Positions 1-12,007 are shown, numbered from the whole stretch's first letter. The stretch is DNA of 63,614 bases, filler included, from Octopus bimaculoides (GCF_001194135.2; 4 parts of 4 records of this genome joined end to end with filler, not necessarily neighbours in it); one strand, 5' to 3'. Translations and numbers: made by a program. Notes: generated by a model from the sequence alone, not told the origin.

Positions 1-12
1 TATATATATAGA

Positions 13-777
13 TATATGCATATGTGGGCATAGGACGTCAAGAAACGTGTACAACACAAAAAAACGAAACACGAGTACATAAAGAATGACCATTCATCAG
101 TTGTTGGCTGTTTTTCTATTCTTCATTATTTATATCATTATATGATTGAACGCCACGCATCCTATTCCAAGTAAGTTTTATCATAATAATTCTGATGCGC
201 ACTCTATACGATCCTTTTACTCTTTCGTTTTCTTCACTTTTTCTCTCTCTTATTCTTTTACTTCCACTTCTCCCACTATTCAATCCTATTGCGCTGTCAC
301 TCTCTCTACCTCACTCCCCCTCCCTTGAACACGTGGATACCACGTGACCATCGGCCATCTTTCTTTCTTTCTCTCCGTTGTAGCTGGAACAAGGAAATCA
401 CGTCATTGTTTGTCTCCTTCCTAGCTTGGTTTACGCGTTCACCACCACAGCCTCGTTAAGGCTTAGCAGCCCTTACTGTTTGTTTTCACTGTCCTGTTTG
501 TGTTACCTATTTTTACCCTCCGCAAAATCCCAAATTTTATTTAATTTGCTTAGCGGGATCAACTGTTTTATCGAAAGCATATATTGCTGTTAAATGCTCG
601 AAATACAAGACTAGAAAAACAGCCAACAACTGATGAATGGTGGTTCTTTATGTTGTTTGTTTTGTTTTATATTTTTGTCGTTGTTCGAAAGAATAGTACA
701 TGCTCCGTGTACTCGTGTTTCGTACTTTTTGTTGTACACGTTTCGTGACATCCTGTGCCCACACATTCGTATATATA
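13..777. mobile_element. Non-autonomous inverted-repeat element (MITE-like or Penelope-type inverted terminal repeat) embedded in TA microsatellite
   Basis: 13-118 is the reverse complement of 612-777 (e.g. CATTCATCAGTTGTTGGCTGTTTTTCTA / TAGAAAAACAGCCAACAACTGATGAATG). The right arm carries an extra ~50 bp. TA repeats flank both ends; no internal ORF. Confidence 0.6.
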
Positions 778-1503
778 NNNNNNNNNNNNNNNNNNNNNNN
801 NNNNNNNNNNNNNNNNNNNNNNNNNNNNNNNNNNNNNNNNNNNNNNNNNNNNNNNNNNNNNNNNNNNNNNNNNNNNNNNNNNNNNNNNNNNNNNNNNNNN
901 NNNNNNNNNNNNNNNNNNNNNNNNNNNNNNNNNNNNNNNNNNNNNNNNNNNNNNNNNNNNNNNNNNNNNNNNNNNNNNNNNNNNNNNNNNNNNNNNNNNN
1001 NNNNNNNNNNNNNNNNNNNNNNNNNNNNNNNNNNNNNNNNNNNNNNNNNNNNNNNNNNNNNNNNNNNNNNNNNNNNNNNNNNNNNNNNNNNNNNNNNNNN
1101 NNNNNNNNNNNNNNNNNNNNNNNNNNNNNNNNNNNNNNNNNNNNNNNNNNNNNNNNNNNNNNNNNNNNNNNNNNNNNNNNNNNNNNNNNNNNNNNNNNNN
1201 NNNNNNNNNNNNNNNNNNNNNNNNNNNNNNNNNNNNNNNNNNNNNNNNNNNNNNNNNNNNNNNNNNNNNNNNNNNNNNNNNNNNNNNNNNNNNNNNNNNN
1301 NNNNNNNNNNNNNNNNNNNNNNNNNNNNNNNNNNNNNNNNNNNNNNNNNNNNNNNNNNNNNNNNNNNNNNNNNNNNNNNNNNNNNNNNNNNNNNNNNNNN
1401 NNNNNNATATATATATATATATATATATATACGTATAGATCAATGTACATACATATATACACACACACACATACATACATATATATATATATATAAATAT
1501 ATG

Positions 1504-1540
<37 letters not shown>

Positions 1541-2407
1541 TAAGGTGAATGTATAAATTGATACAGAATTTCTATATGAATATATTTGGGGTACTTATAT
1601 GCATTCATGATATTGCGCCTGCTTTTCTGTTGGTCTGTATAAGTATTTCATTTATTTCCTGCTGCTCTCTGCTGATCAAGGAAAAAAACCGTTTAGGTTA
1701 ATCCAGAAATCGGACCGATCCATATATGACTAAATTCATGAATTTCTGTTAACTTTCTTCATCGTTTCGACATGTGTGTAATAATAATAGTGATGATATT
1801 TAAAGTGGTTCGATGGTTGGTTTAGAGTCTATTTTCAGCATATAGGCAAACAAAAAATCCGCATCTATGGCCATTTTGGATCATTGCCGAGATGCACTTT
1901 AACTTTGAATTGGATCGGGGAAATGAACTCCAAAAATGGCTATTTATTTTTTTGGAACTCTCTTACGCTCCTTGGATACCGTACTTACACTGGATTGCTT
2001 CATTTTTAAGAACTGATTATTTTGATATTTCTTTAACTGATGGGTAATTGTTTTAGTCGATTGATATGTTTTAGTAATTCATTTTCATCACACACTTTAG
2101 TCGATTTTTATATACATTTTTTGGACAGGTCCTTGTACATATTTTTGTATTTTTTATTTGTGCATATATATTTTTTTACCTTCGGTGTTTATATATGTAT
2201 TTCTTTTATATGTTGAAGGCCATGGTATTATTTGTATATGATGAAATTTATAGAAGCATTTGGGTTATATAAAGTCGTTCTCTAACCAATGATTTTCGTC
2301 TCGGTCTCAACTTCACTTGAGCATTTCTTTTTTGCAATCCTATATATATTATTTTGTTTCCATAAAAAGAAAAGAAAATTATTACTTGTCATATATATAT
2401 ATATATA

Positions 2408-2742
2408 TATAAAAGATAAACAAGAGTGAAAAAACTACAGAAGGCTTGTGTTACATGGTTAAAGTATATATTTAAATCGTTATGTCAGAAAAATGTTATA
2501 AAATTTTGAGTATAGAAACATTGTATTTGGAGAAATAACCAGTTTCGTGTTTTCTTTTCAAATTTCTCTACGATACAGGTAGAGAAATTTGAAAAGAAAA
2601 CACGAAACCGGTAATTTCTCCAAATGCAATGTTTCTATACCCAAAATTTTATAACATTTTTCTGACGTAACGATTTAAATATATACTATAACCATGTAAC
2701 ACAAGCCTTCTGTAGTTTTTTCACTCTTGTTTATCTTTTATA
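2408..2742. repeat. Near-perfect ~335 bp palindrome (head-to-head inverted duplication), probably a Penelope-type terminal repeat
   Basis: Arms 2408-2571 and 2579-2742 are reverse complements with few mismatches; loop GATACAG at 2572-2578. Each arm contains a hammerhead-like motif. Confidence 0.85.
2582..2620 (+). ncRNA. Minimal type I hammerhead ribozyme-like motif, U3:A8 core variant
   Basis: Stem I GAGAAAT(2582-88)/ATTTCTC(2614-20), core TTGAAAA(2589-95), G..C stem II closure (2596/2603), GAAA(2604-07), palindromic stem III ACCGGT, GTA cleavage triplet. A mirror copy lies on the minus strand at ~2531-2568. Confidence 0.5.
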
Positions 2743-3384
2743 CATTCAACCACGTGCTTTCACATACCAACTTTCTCACCTATATATAGATGAGGAGACA
2801 GAAGAAAATGCAGCATAAAAGTTCATAGTTCAACTTCCCGATGTTGTAGAAACAAGGACATAAGTCCTTAGGTGCAATCCTGCGTAGATCCATGTGGGTT
2901 AAAATCCTGATATTGTAAACATCCAGATAGAAAAATACGCGAAGATAACGTTCAATACCAGAATACTAGCGGAAGTGGCTATTAAGTGCTAAAAGGAAAT
3001 AAAGGCAAATAAATAGAAAGAAAGGTAAATAAATTCAAAAAGGGATAAAACTCTTTTACAAGAATTTTATCAAGAAGCCAGTGTGTAAAAGGTGTTATTA
3101 TTTTTCTCTAATAATGCCCTTTATATAAATATAAACGAATAGAAAGAAAGGTAGATAGAATGAGATGGGGAATTTAAGGAGTGGCTTTAGGAAAAAGTAA
3201 AGTGTATAGGCATATGGTGTCTAAGAATATTGTGTATAGGGGTAGCTGAGAATATAAGAGAGAGGATGGGGGTGGTAGTGGACGATAGCGTAAAAAATTA
3301 ACAAAATAGAGCAAAATGAAAGGAATTTAAAGAAAGTACTACTACTAATAGTTTAGATTACCTGTGAACTAAACCCCCATATTT

Positions 3385-3427
<43 letters not shown>

Positions 3428-4448
3428 NNNNNNNNNNNNNNNNNNNNNNNNNNNNNNNNNNNNNNNNNNNNNNNNNNNNNNNNNNNNNNNNNNNNNNNNN
3501 NNNNNNNNNNNNNNNNNNNNNNNNNNNNNNNNNNNNNNNNNNNNNNNNNNNNNNNNNNNNNNNNNNNNNNNNNNNNNNNNNNNNNNNNNNNNNNNNNNNN
3601 NNNNNNNNNNNNNNNNNNNNNNNNNNNNNNNNNNNNNNNNNNNNNNNNNNNNNNNNNNNNNNNNNNNNNNNNNNNNNNNNNNNNNNNNNNNNNNNNNNNN
3701 NNNNNNNNNNNNNNNNNNNNNNNNNNNNNNNNNNNNNNNNNNNNNNNNNNNNNNNNNNNNNNNNNNNNNNNNNNNNNNNNNNNNNNNNNNNNNNNNNNNN
3801 NNNNNNNNNNNNNNNNNNNNNNNNNNNNNNNNNNNNNNNNNNNNNNNNNNNNNNNNNNNNNNNNNNNNNNNNNNNNNNNNNNNNNNNNNNNNNNNNNNNN
3901 NNNNNNNNNNNNNNNNNNNNNNNNNNNNNNNNNNNNNNNNNNNNNNNNNNNNNNNNNNNNNNNNNNNNNNNNNNNNNNNNNNNNNNNNNNNNNNNATATA
4001 TATAGCTGAAAAAATTCGTTCTATAATTATGTTAAATGAGTAATCTCATAAATTCTTGCGACAAAATATTTTTAGCACCATCATATTTACTTTCGTTTTC
4101 ACAAATACAATTTTCCCACTATCTACGCTGTTACCCTATCATCATCAATTATTATTATGTCTATCAGAAAGACAGCAACTAGCAGAATCGTCAGGAAATC
4201 AGACGATATACGTTGCAGTATCTTTTATTTCGGTTTTTTTTTTTTGTGTGCACTACTTTAAGATCCTGACGATTTCGTACTTAGCTACTTTTCCTAATAC
4301 GGAAGATAACATATGATACCACGTCAGTTGCTTGCTTTTCATTAATCCTCCTTTGAAATTTGTGTAGGTTTCTATCAATGACTAGGAAAAACAAAACGTC
4401 ATGACGAGTATAATTTTGTATTTCTTCTATTATTGTCATAAATATATA

Positions 4449-4634
4449 CAGTAGAACCTCTGTTTTCGAACAACGCTGCTCGCGAATAAATTGTACTTTA
4501 TCTCCTGTCTTTCTCCTATTCATTTAATACAATAGTACTTCGGTTTACGAACACCTCTGATCACAATAAATCGTGCTTTATATATAAATCACGAATTATT
4601 TGCGATGAGAGTTGTTTGAAAACCGAGGTACTAC
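4449..4634. mobile_element. Tigger/pogo-like (Tc1-mariner superfamily) MITE
   Basis: TA followed by CAGTAGAACCTCTGTTTTCGAACAAC. The right end GTTGTTTGAAAACCGAGGTACTAC is its inverted match (3 mismatches in 24 bp). Confidence 0.65.
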
Positions 4635-4829
4635 ACACACACACACATACGTTAAGATCACCAGCATTCTCTCACACACGCCCTTACGTTTTGGAATCAC
4701 TACTACTTTGTTATCTTCACTTCTTAACGCTCCTGTGTGACCCTTCTGTCCGGCATTCGCCACGATAGATCACTGACCACTACACACATTTTCCCCTGCT
4801 TGTTTCTCTCCTTGTTTCTTTCCGTGTTC

Positions 4830-4865
4830 CTTTCTATAGAAGAGCGTAGGCTCGAAACGTTAAAG
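4830..4865 (+). ncRNA. Degenerate minimal type I hammerhead ribozyme motif in a Penelope-type terminal repeat fragment (~4660-4950)
   Basis: CTTT-CTATAGA-A-GAGC-gtag-GCTC-GAAA-C-GTT-AAAG. Spacing is exact and stem III is the palindrome AACGTT, but core positions 5 and 6 deviate from CUGANGA. Confidence 0.5.
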
Positions 4866-4956
4866 TCTTTCTCAATTCCCGAGCGATATACTAATACATT
4901 TATTTGTTTTCAACACCACCTGTCTTCGTCTGTTGTTTTTTTTTCTTGTGAATACT

Positions 4957-4998
<42 letters not shown>

Positions 4999-5262
4999 CA
5001 TGGAAAAATGCGAGCCAGACAAATAATATTCTTAAGATTATAAACCTGAAAATTACAGAACCAGATTATTACACTCGAAAAAAGTTCTGGAAAACATATT
5101 ATATCTGGTAAAGTACAGAACAAGAAATGTTTTACTTAAAATATTGCAGCTAAGTATAAAATTTCAAATAAAATATTTAGATTTAGGAAATATTACCTTT
5201 TATTAAAACTAAGAATTTCATTACAAGTTATTACTCCTATTTGTTATTACTTGTTACTTCTA

Positions 5263-5775
5263 TTAAAAAGACTCTTACTTACCTCGTCAACATAAATATT
5301 ACTCTGTCTTTAATAGATCTACCCTGTAGCTGTCCTAGTCCATCGTACCCAACTTCGAGTCTATCATAGCGGCCTCTAATAAACAAAAGCTATATCACTA
5401 CTATAAGAACTCACCCTATAACAACTCTGTATACACGAGCGCCCAGCATATACACCGTTCCAGCATTGAATCCCTTACGTTAGACAACAACCATAACCCG
5501 ACCTACCCTACTAACACTATCCAGAATACTACCACAACTTCTACCGCCGCTACAGATAGAATAATTAACAACAACGATAGCAATAATAACGATAATAGTA
5601 ATAATAGTAATAGTAATACTAATAACTTAGACCATTCTACCCCCATCTCTAACCTCTCCTCTGACAGTATTACCTATTCAATTCCTGAAAATAATCCTCA
5701 AAATACACCCACGTATAATTACGTCCTGTGTCCATCTGCCCTCTACAAACCCATAGTAGAACATCTGATGTATTG
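5263..5775 (+). mobile_element. Penelope-like retroelement fragment (RT-endonuclease linker), degraded
   Basis: Manual translation LKDSYLPRQHKYYSVFNRSTL*LS*SIVPNFESIIAASNKQKL resembles the Penelope HK..SIFNRxTxKxSYS..PN..SII..HNKK linker. An Asn/Thr-rich spacer follows. Confidence 0.6.
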
Positions 5776-5908
5776 AGTGAGCAACTAAATTCCCGCGGTT
5801 TCTTTTAATTTTTGGAATTTATTGCGTTCTTAAATTTTGGAATTTATTTTTTTCGAGAATTCTATTTTTAAATCATTTTGGAATCTATTCTGTTTTTTCC
5901 TAGTTAAT
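5771..5908 (+). mobile_element. Left-end fragment (TIR plus subterminal region) of the mariner family found at 39993-41201
   Basis: TATTGAGTGAGCAACTAAATTCCCGCGGTTT...AATCATTTTGGAATCT aligns to the reverse complement of 41040-41201. Confidence 0.65.
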
Positions 5909-5965
5909 TGAAAATTTGTGGCGTTATTTGAAAATTAAAACTCATTCAAGAGCGCCAATCGAGGA
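5905..5965 (+). pseudogene. Possible Tc1 transposase C-terminal fragment
   Basis: Translates as LIENLWRYLKIKTHSRAP, resembling the Tc1 (SPDLNP)IENLW..LK motif; very short. Confidence 0.3.
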
Positions 5966-6879
5966 ATAATAATCAGCAATGTCAATAAGAATAGAGCATC
6001 AAATTTTATTAGGAGCGCAATTAACCAATTATTATAGAAATAATTAGTATTTCTCCAAAGTGTTAAAGGTGGGGATAACCAAAATTTTAGTATTATCATA
6101 AGTGGAGTACATTTACTAAACCCTTTCCCTTCCTCTTTCTTAAATGGATTAATCGGACTAGTTAAAAGGTTGCCGACCAAATTAGATTTGAGATCGATGA
6201 ATGTGATGTATAGCAATTTTGATGCCAAGAATTCAAATCAATCGTCAAGGTTTAACTCATTAACGATCACAGTTGCTTCTATATTTATTTCACATACGAT
6301 TATAAAAGTATTATTCGTTAAGGTGGTTGATGATAGAATTGTCAGAATATTTATAATCAGATTATATATCAGAGGATTTACTTCTAATAAGACGGAGCAG
6401 AAATATTATTACAATTATAATCACTTCGTAATTTACATATTAAATCTCACTACCACATGTTTTCTAATGTTCTCAAAATTAAAGGTGGCGGTACAATATT
6501 TAGTAGCTTAATGGAATTTCGATCAATCATTCGGTAATGAGGAAGCGCAAATTACGCTGAAATCTCTTGATACAAAGTGCTATCCGTCGGTACTGACGAA
6601 CATTATTTTGCCGATGTAAACTGCCGAAAAATGCATGGGAGTGTCACCTGTTAAGTGCCCTACGATCTAAGCTTTTCATCAACCTAATGGCTAGTAAATC
6701 TGACAATCTTGACTCTAGCGGCAATACAGAGATTTGTTTGTATATGTATCCTTAAAACTGGACGAACAATTAGTCTATAATAGTAGTTAATATTACATGG
6801 CTATCTGAACCTGTGAGCCCAAGACGTGTTGAAACTTTCACTGAAATCATCAACAACATATACGTATATATAAATACAC

Positions 6880-7037
6880 AGGAGTGGCTGTGTGGTAAGT
6901 AGCTTGCTTACCAACCACATGGTTCCGGGTTCAGTCCCACTGCGTGACACCTTGGGCAAGTGCCTTCTACTATAGCCTCGGGCCGACCAAAGCCTTGTGA
7001 GTGGATTTGGTAGACGGAAACTGAAAGAAGCCCGTCG
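6880..7037 (+). mobile_element. tRNA-derived SINE, family A 5' half
   Basis: A-box TGGCTGTGTGG, B-box GGTTCAGTCCC, CCTTGGGCAAGT core-like motif. Ends GAAGCCCGTCG followed by (TA)n and a gap. Confidence 0.85.
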
Positions 7038-7039
7038 TA

Positions 7040-7080
<41 letters not shown>

Positions 7081-8391
7081 NNNNNNNNNNNNNNNNNNNN
7101 NNNNNNNNNNNNNNNNNNNNNNNNNNNNNNNNNNNNNNNNNNNNNNNNNNNNNNNNNNNNNNNNNNNNNNNNNNNNNNNNNNNNNNNNNNNNNNNNNNNN
7201 NNNNNNNNNNNNNNNNNNNNNNNNNNNNNNNNNNNNNNNNNNNNNNNNNNNNNNNNNNNNNNNNNNNNNNNNNNNNNNNNNNNNNNNNNNNNNNNNNNNN
7301 NNNNNNNNNNNNNNNNNNNNNNNNNNNNNNNNNNNNNNNNNNNNNNNNNNNNNNNNNNNNNNNNNNNNNNNNNNNNNNNNNNNNNNNNNNNNNNNNNNNN
7401 NNNNNNNNNNNNNNNNNNNNNNNNNNNNNNNNNNNNNNNNNNNNNNNNNNNNNNNNNNNNNNNNNNNNNNNNNNNNNNNNNNNNNNNNNNNNNNNNNNNN
7501 NNNNNNNNNNNNNNNNNNNNNNNNNNNNNNNNNNNNNNNNNNNNNNNNNNNNNNNNNNNNNNNNNNNNNNNNNNNNNNNNNNNNNNNNNNNNNNNNNNNN
7601 NNNNNNNNNNNNNNNNNNNNNNNNNNNNNNNNNNNNNNNNNNNNNNNNNNNNNNNNNNNNNNNNNNNNNNNNNNNNNNNNNNNNNNNNNNNNNNNNNNNN
7701 NNNNNNNNNNNNNNNNNNNNNNNNNNNNNNNNNNNNNNNNNNNNNNNNNNNNNNNNNNNNNNNNNNNNNNNNNNNNNNNNNNNNNNNNNNNNNNNNNNNN
7801 NNNNNNNNNNNNNNNNNNNNNNNNNNNNNNNNNNNNNNNNNNNNNNNNNNNNNNNNNNNNNNNNNNNNNNNNNNNNNNNNNNNNNNNNNNNNNNNNNNNN
7901 NNNNNNNNNNNNNNNNNNNNNNNNNNNNNNNNNNNNNNNNNNNNNNNNNNNNNNNNNNNNNNNNNNNNNNNNNNNNNNNNNNNNNNNNNNNNNNNNNNNN
8001 NNNNNNNNNNNNNNNNNNNNNNNNNNNNNNNNNNNNNNNNNNNNNNNNNNNNNNNNNNNNNNNNNNNNNNNGGGGAGACAGTACATTTTGTATTCTGAAT
8101 ATAACTCAAATTGGAGAAAAAGAAAGAAAGAGGATTAAAGAAGGGAAGAGGAGAAAAGGAAAGACAAAAGAGATAAAGGAGAAAAAAAGAACAGGGAAGA
8201 GAGAAAAAAAGCAAAAAATGTTTCACTGATGGCCACACCACACCTGTATTTTTTTTTTTGAAGAGGCCACCATCCTTAAACTCATTCAAATAGAAGTGTA
8301 AATGACTAAATAGATAAATGAATGGTGAATAGGAAGGAGGATCTCCCTTCTCTCTCCCCCTCTCTCTCTACCTATATATCTATCAGTCTGA

Positions 8392-8448
<57 letters not shown>

Positions 8449-8811
8449 AGCCTATCTACCTACCTATATTTCTATCTGTCTCTTTCCACGGATAAACTTC
8501 CCCATTTCTTGGGAACTTTTTGTATATATTTATCTTTCATGCACATACCCCAAACGTCTTCCATTCCTTTTGATCGTTGTCCTTACTTTTTTTTTTCTCG
8601 CCTCCATCGAAAATAAAAACTCTACATTGTATTTGTCCCAACTGTGTTCAGCCTTGTGTGGCTAATAAAGTAAGTTATCTATCTACCTCCANNNNNNNNN
8701 NNNNNNNNNNNNNNNNNNNNNNNNNNNNNNNNNNNTTAATTAATTAANNNNNNNNNNNNNNNNNNNNNNNNNNNNNNNNNNNNNNNNNNNNTATATATAT
8801 ATATATATATA

Positions 8812-9127
8812 TTCTTTTATTTGTTTCAGTCATTTGACTGCAGCCATGCTGGAGCACCATCCTTAGTCGAACAAATTGACCCTAGGAATTATTCTTTGTA
8901 AGCATAGTACTTATTCTATTGATCTTTTTTGCCGAACTGCTAGGTTATGGGGATGTAAATACACATACGACGGGCTTCTTTCAGTTTCCGTCTACCAAAT
9001 TCACTCACAAGGCTTTGGTTGGACCATGGCTATAAGTAGAAGACACTTGCCCAAGGTACCACGCAGTGGGACTGAACCCAGAAACATGTGGTTGGTAACC
9101 AAGCTACTTACCACACAGTCATTCCTG
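8812..9127 (-). mobile_element. Full composite SINE (family A head + family B body/tail)
   Basis: A half 8968-9127 lies directly 5' of B half 8812-8965, which ends ...AATGACTGAAACAAATAAAAGA. The same order is seen at 29651-30033 and 42305-42712. Confidence 0.8.
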
Positions 9128-9138
9128 TGCCTATATAT

Positions 9139-9520
9139 CATCATCATCATCATCATTGTTTAATGTCCACTTTCCATGCTGGCATGGGTTGGACAGTTTG
9201 ACTGGGGACTGGTGAACCAGATGGCTGCACCAGGCTCCGATCTGATTTGTCAGAGTTTCTACAGCTGGATGCCCTTCCTAACGCCAACCACTCAGAGAGT
9301 GTAGTGGGTGCTTTTACGTGCCACCTGCATGAAGGCCAGTCAGGCGGTACTGGCAATGGCCACGCTCAAATGGTGTTTTTACGTGTCACCTGCACAGGAG
9401 CCAGTCCAGGGGCATTGGCAACGCCCTCACTTGAATGTTGTTTTCTACCTACCAACGGCACAAGTGCCAGTAAGGCAACACTGGTAACGATCATGCTCGA
9501 ATGGTGCTTTTTACGTGCCA
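9139..9520 (-). mobile_element. SINE family C with (GAT)n tail
   Basis: GGAAGGGCATCCAGCTGTAGAAAC...GCATGGAAAGTGGACATTAAAC(GAT)n motif, shared with ~10 other copies in the window. Confidence 0.8.
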
Positions 9521-9556
9521 TGTGTCTGTGTGTATGTATATATATGCATATATCTA

Positions 9557-9589
<33 letters not shown>

Positions 9590-9850
9590 CTTTATGTATG
9601 TGTTTGTCTCCCATCATTGTTTGACAACCAGTGTTGGTTTGTGTATGTCCTTGTACTTTGCAGTTTGGCAAAAAAAAAACGAAAAAAAACAAAGGATAAA
9701 TTCCAAGCTTTAATAAATAAGGGTTGCAGTGGATTTGTTCAACTAAAACCTGTCCATCATTGGACTGTAACCATGCAAGGGCACCACCTTGAAGGTGGTA
9801 CCCCTGCATGGTTGTAATCCAATGACTGAACAAGCAAAAGATAAAAGATA
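9590..9850 (+). mobile_element. SINE family B half with an internal inverted duplication
   Basis: TTGACAACC...AATGACTGAACAAGCAAAAGA similarity to other B halves; hairpin at 9758-9824. Confidence 0.6.
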
Positions 9851-10175
9851 CACACACACATGTATATATTCAGCCATCTGTCTGTATATGTGTATANNNN
9901 NNNNNNNNNNNNNNNNNNNNNNNNNNNNNNNNNNNNNNNNNNNNNNNNNNNNNNNNNNNNNNNNNNNNNNNNNNNNNNNNNNNNNNNNNNNNNNNNNNNN
10001 NNNNNNNNNNNNNNNNNNNNNNNNNNNNNNNNNNNNNNNNNNNNNNNNNNNNNNNNNNNNNNNNNNNNNNNNNNNNNNNNNNNNNNNNNNNNNNNNNNNN
10101 NNNNNNNNNNNNNNNNNNNNNNNNNNNNNNNNNNNNNNNNNNNNNNNNNNNNNNNNNNNNNNNNNNNNNNTATAC

Positions 10176-10214
<39 letters not shown>

Positions 10215-10256
10215 CAGTCATCTATCTGTCTGTTTGTATGTATGTATGTATGTATG

Positions 10257-10314
<58 letters not shown>

Positions 10315-11173
10315 ACAGGAAAGGAATCCTTAGACAGAACATAGGTGTCTGCTGATCAAAAATATACCTAATATGTTTGAGGACAGATTTTGTTATATAT
10401 TTCAAAGTTGCTTACAGCTTGCAAAAGCTTTCATCTCGAGAGCAGCAAAGCTGCTTCTAGATTCATCAAAGTTTTGGAAGTGATTGAGAAATGTTTATTT
10501 GATAAGTTACCAAATCGTTTTCATGGCACTATTTATAAACAGTTCTACATCATTGTATTACTGCAAAACTTCATTTTTGTTTGACGATCAATTACGTGAA
10601 ACTGTTTGTGAAAATTTTGCAGCTTCAGTAAAATATCATATTTTTAATGTGCATTTCATATTCAAGTACTATATCCTCCACCTTGTTTTCCACCTATGTG
10701 TTATTAATATTTGTAAATTTTATATAACATGCATGCAATTCTGCAAGCCAGTTGCTGCTATTGTGCATGCTTGTTTCCTCAGTATTATTAGCAACAGGCC
10801 AAATGACTTGCACCATAATGACAATCAACTCCCAGAAATTCATGTATCTAATATAAAGCTTGAAAATACCAATCAGGTTTGCTGCATTCTAATTAATATG
10901 TAATGTGGCTTGAACTCCACATGGTAGCCTATCCAAAGATATGATGGCTGCTGTCAAACCATATGGTGTATAAGTGTGGAGGGTGAAACTGTTTACTGGG
11001 CTCAAATCTTTTGGTAATATGTTATGCTCTTCAGTGTATATATATATATTACATTACACACACACACACATGCACACACACATACACACACACACACATA
11101 CACACACACACACACATATAGTAGGAAAAAGGGAGGAGGAGAATTTCAATTATTCCCACGTGGTGAGTGGTAA

Positions 11174-11217
<44 letters not shown>

Positions 11218-11454
11218 AGAAGGAAAATGCACACAGTTTACATAGTTTTAATATATTTTTTAATACATTTTATAAGTGAAAGAGTATTGTGTTTGTTGAC
11301 TGGTTTAGCATTCATTAGTCATGACATTGAAACTATTGTAATTTCGTATTTTCGTAACAAGATTTTAGTCCATGTTGTGTATGGAAGTTTCTGAATGAAA
11401 TCTTTTTTTCATCTTCTTTTGATATATATATATATACATACTTTAGGTTGGGTA

Positions 11455-11957
11455 ACCATGTATCTCCTTTGTGGCAGTAGATCTGTTTCTGTCTTCATTC
11501 CTGATCTCCCTCTCTCTTTCTCTCTCTCCTCTCTCTCTCTGGCTGGGTAACCTTGTACTTCCTCTACAGCAAGACACCTGTTTCTGTTTCACTATAACCT
11601 TTTCATCATCCAACACAAGATCACCTCCTCCAATGCTTCCTCTCCTCTTGAAAGTTTTTTTTTTGTCTTCCAAGTACTTGGTGACCCTGTCAGTGCAGAT
11701 GCCACTTAAGTATCCAGTCCACACTATAAAGTGGTTGGCATCTGGAAGGGCATCCAGCTGTAAAAACCTTGCTAAAACCGACCTCAATTGTGTTTGTGCC
11801 TCGTAAAAAGCACTAAGTCCACTCTGCTGATAGGTCAGTAGGGCATCCAGCTATAAAAATCCTTCCAAAACTGTCACAGAAGTCTGGTGCAGGCTTCTGC
11901 CTGGTTGGCTCCTGCCAAACTGTCCCACCCATGCCAGTATGGAAAGCAGACATTAAA

Positions 11958-12007
<50 letters not shown>

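Noticed and set aside
84-640. CTGATGA motifs in the arms of the 13-777 element and at 50122-50128 (-)
   Set aside because: No correctly placed stem II-GAAA-stem III downstream, so not called hammerheads.
6588-6640. CTGACGA...GCCGAAAAATGC
   Set aside because: No convincing stem I or stem II pairing.
8692-8791. TTAATTAATTAA islands inside gaps (8736-8747, 39438-39449, 61693-61704)
   Set aside because: Each is exactly 44 N + 12 bp + 44 N = 100 bp, with stops in all six frames: an assembly spacer, not biological sequence.
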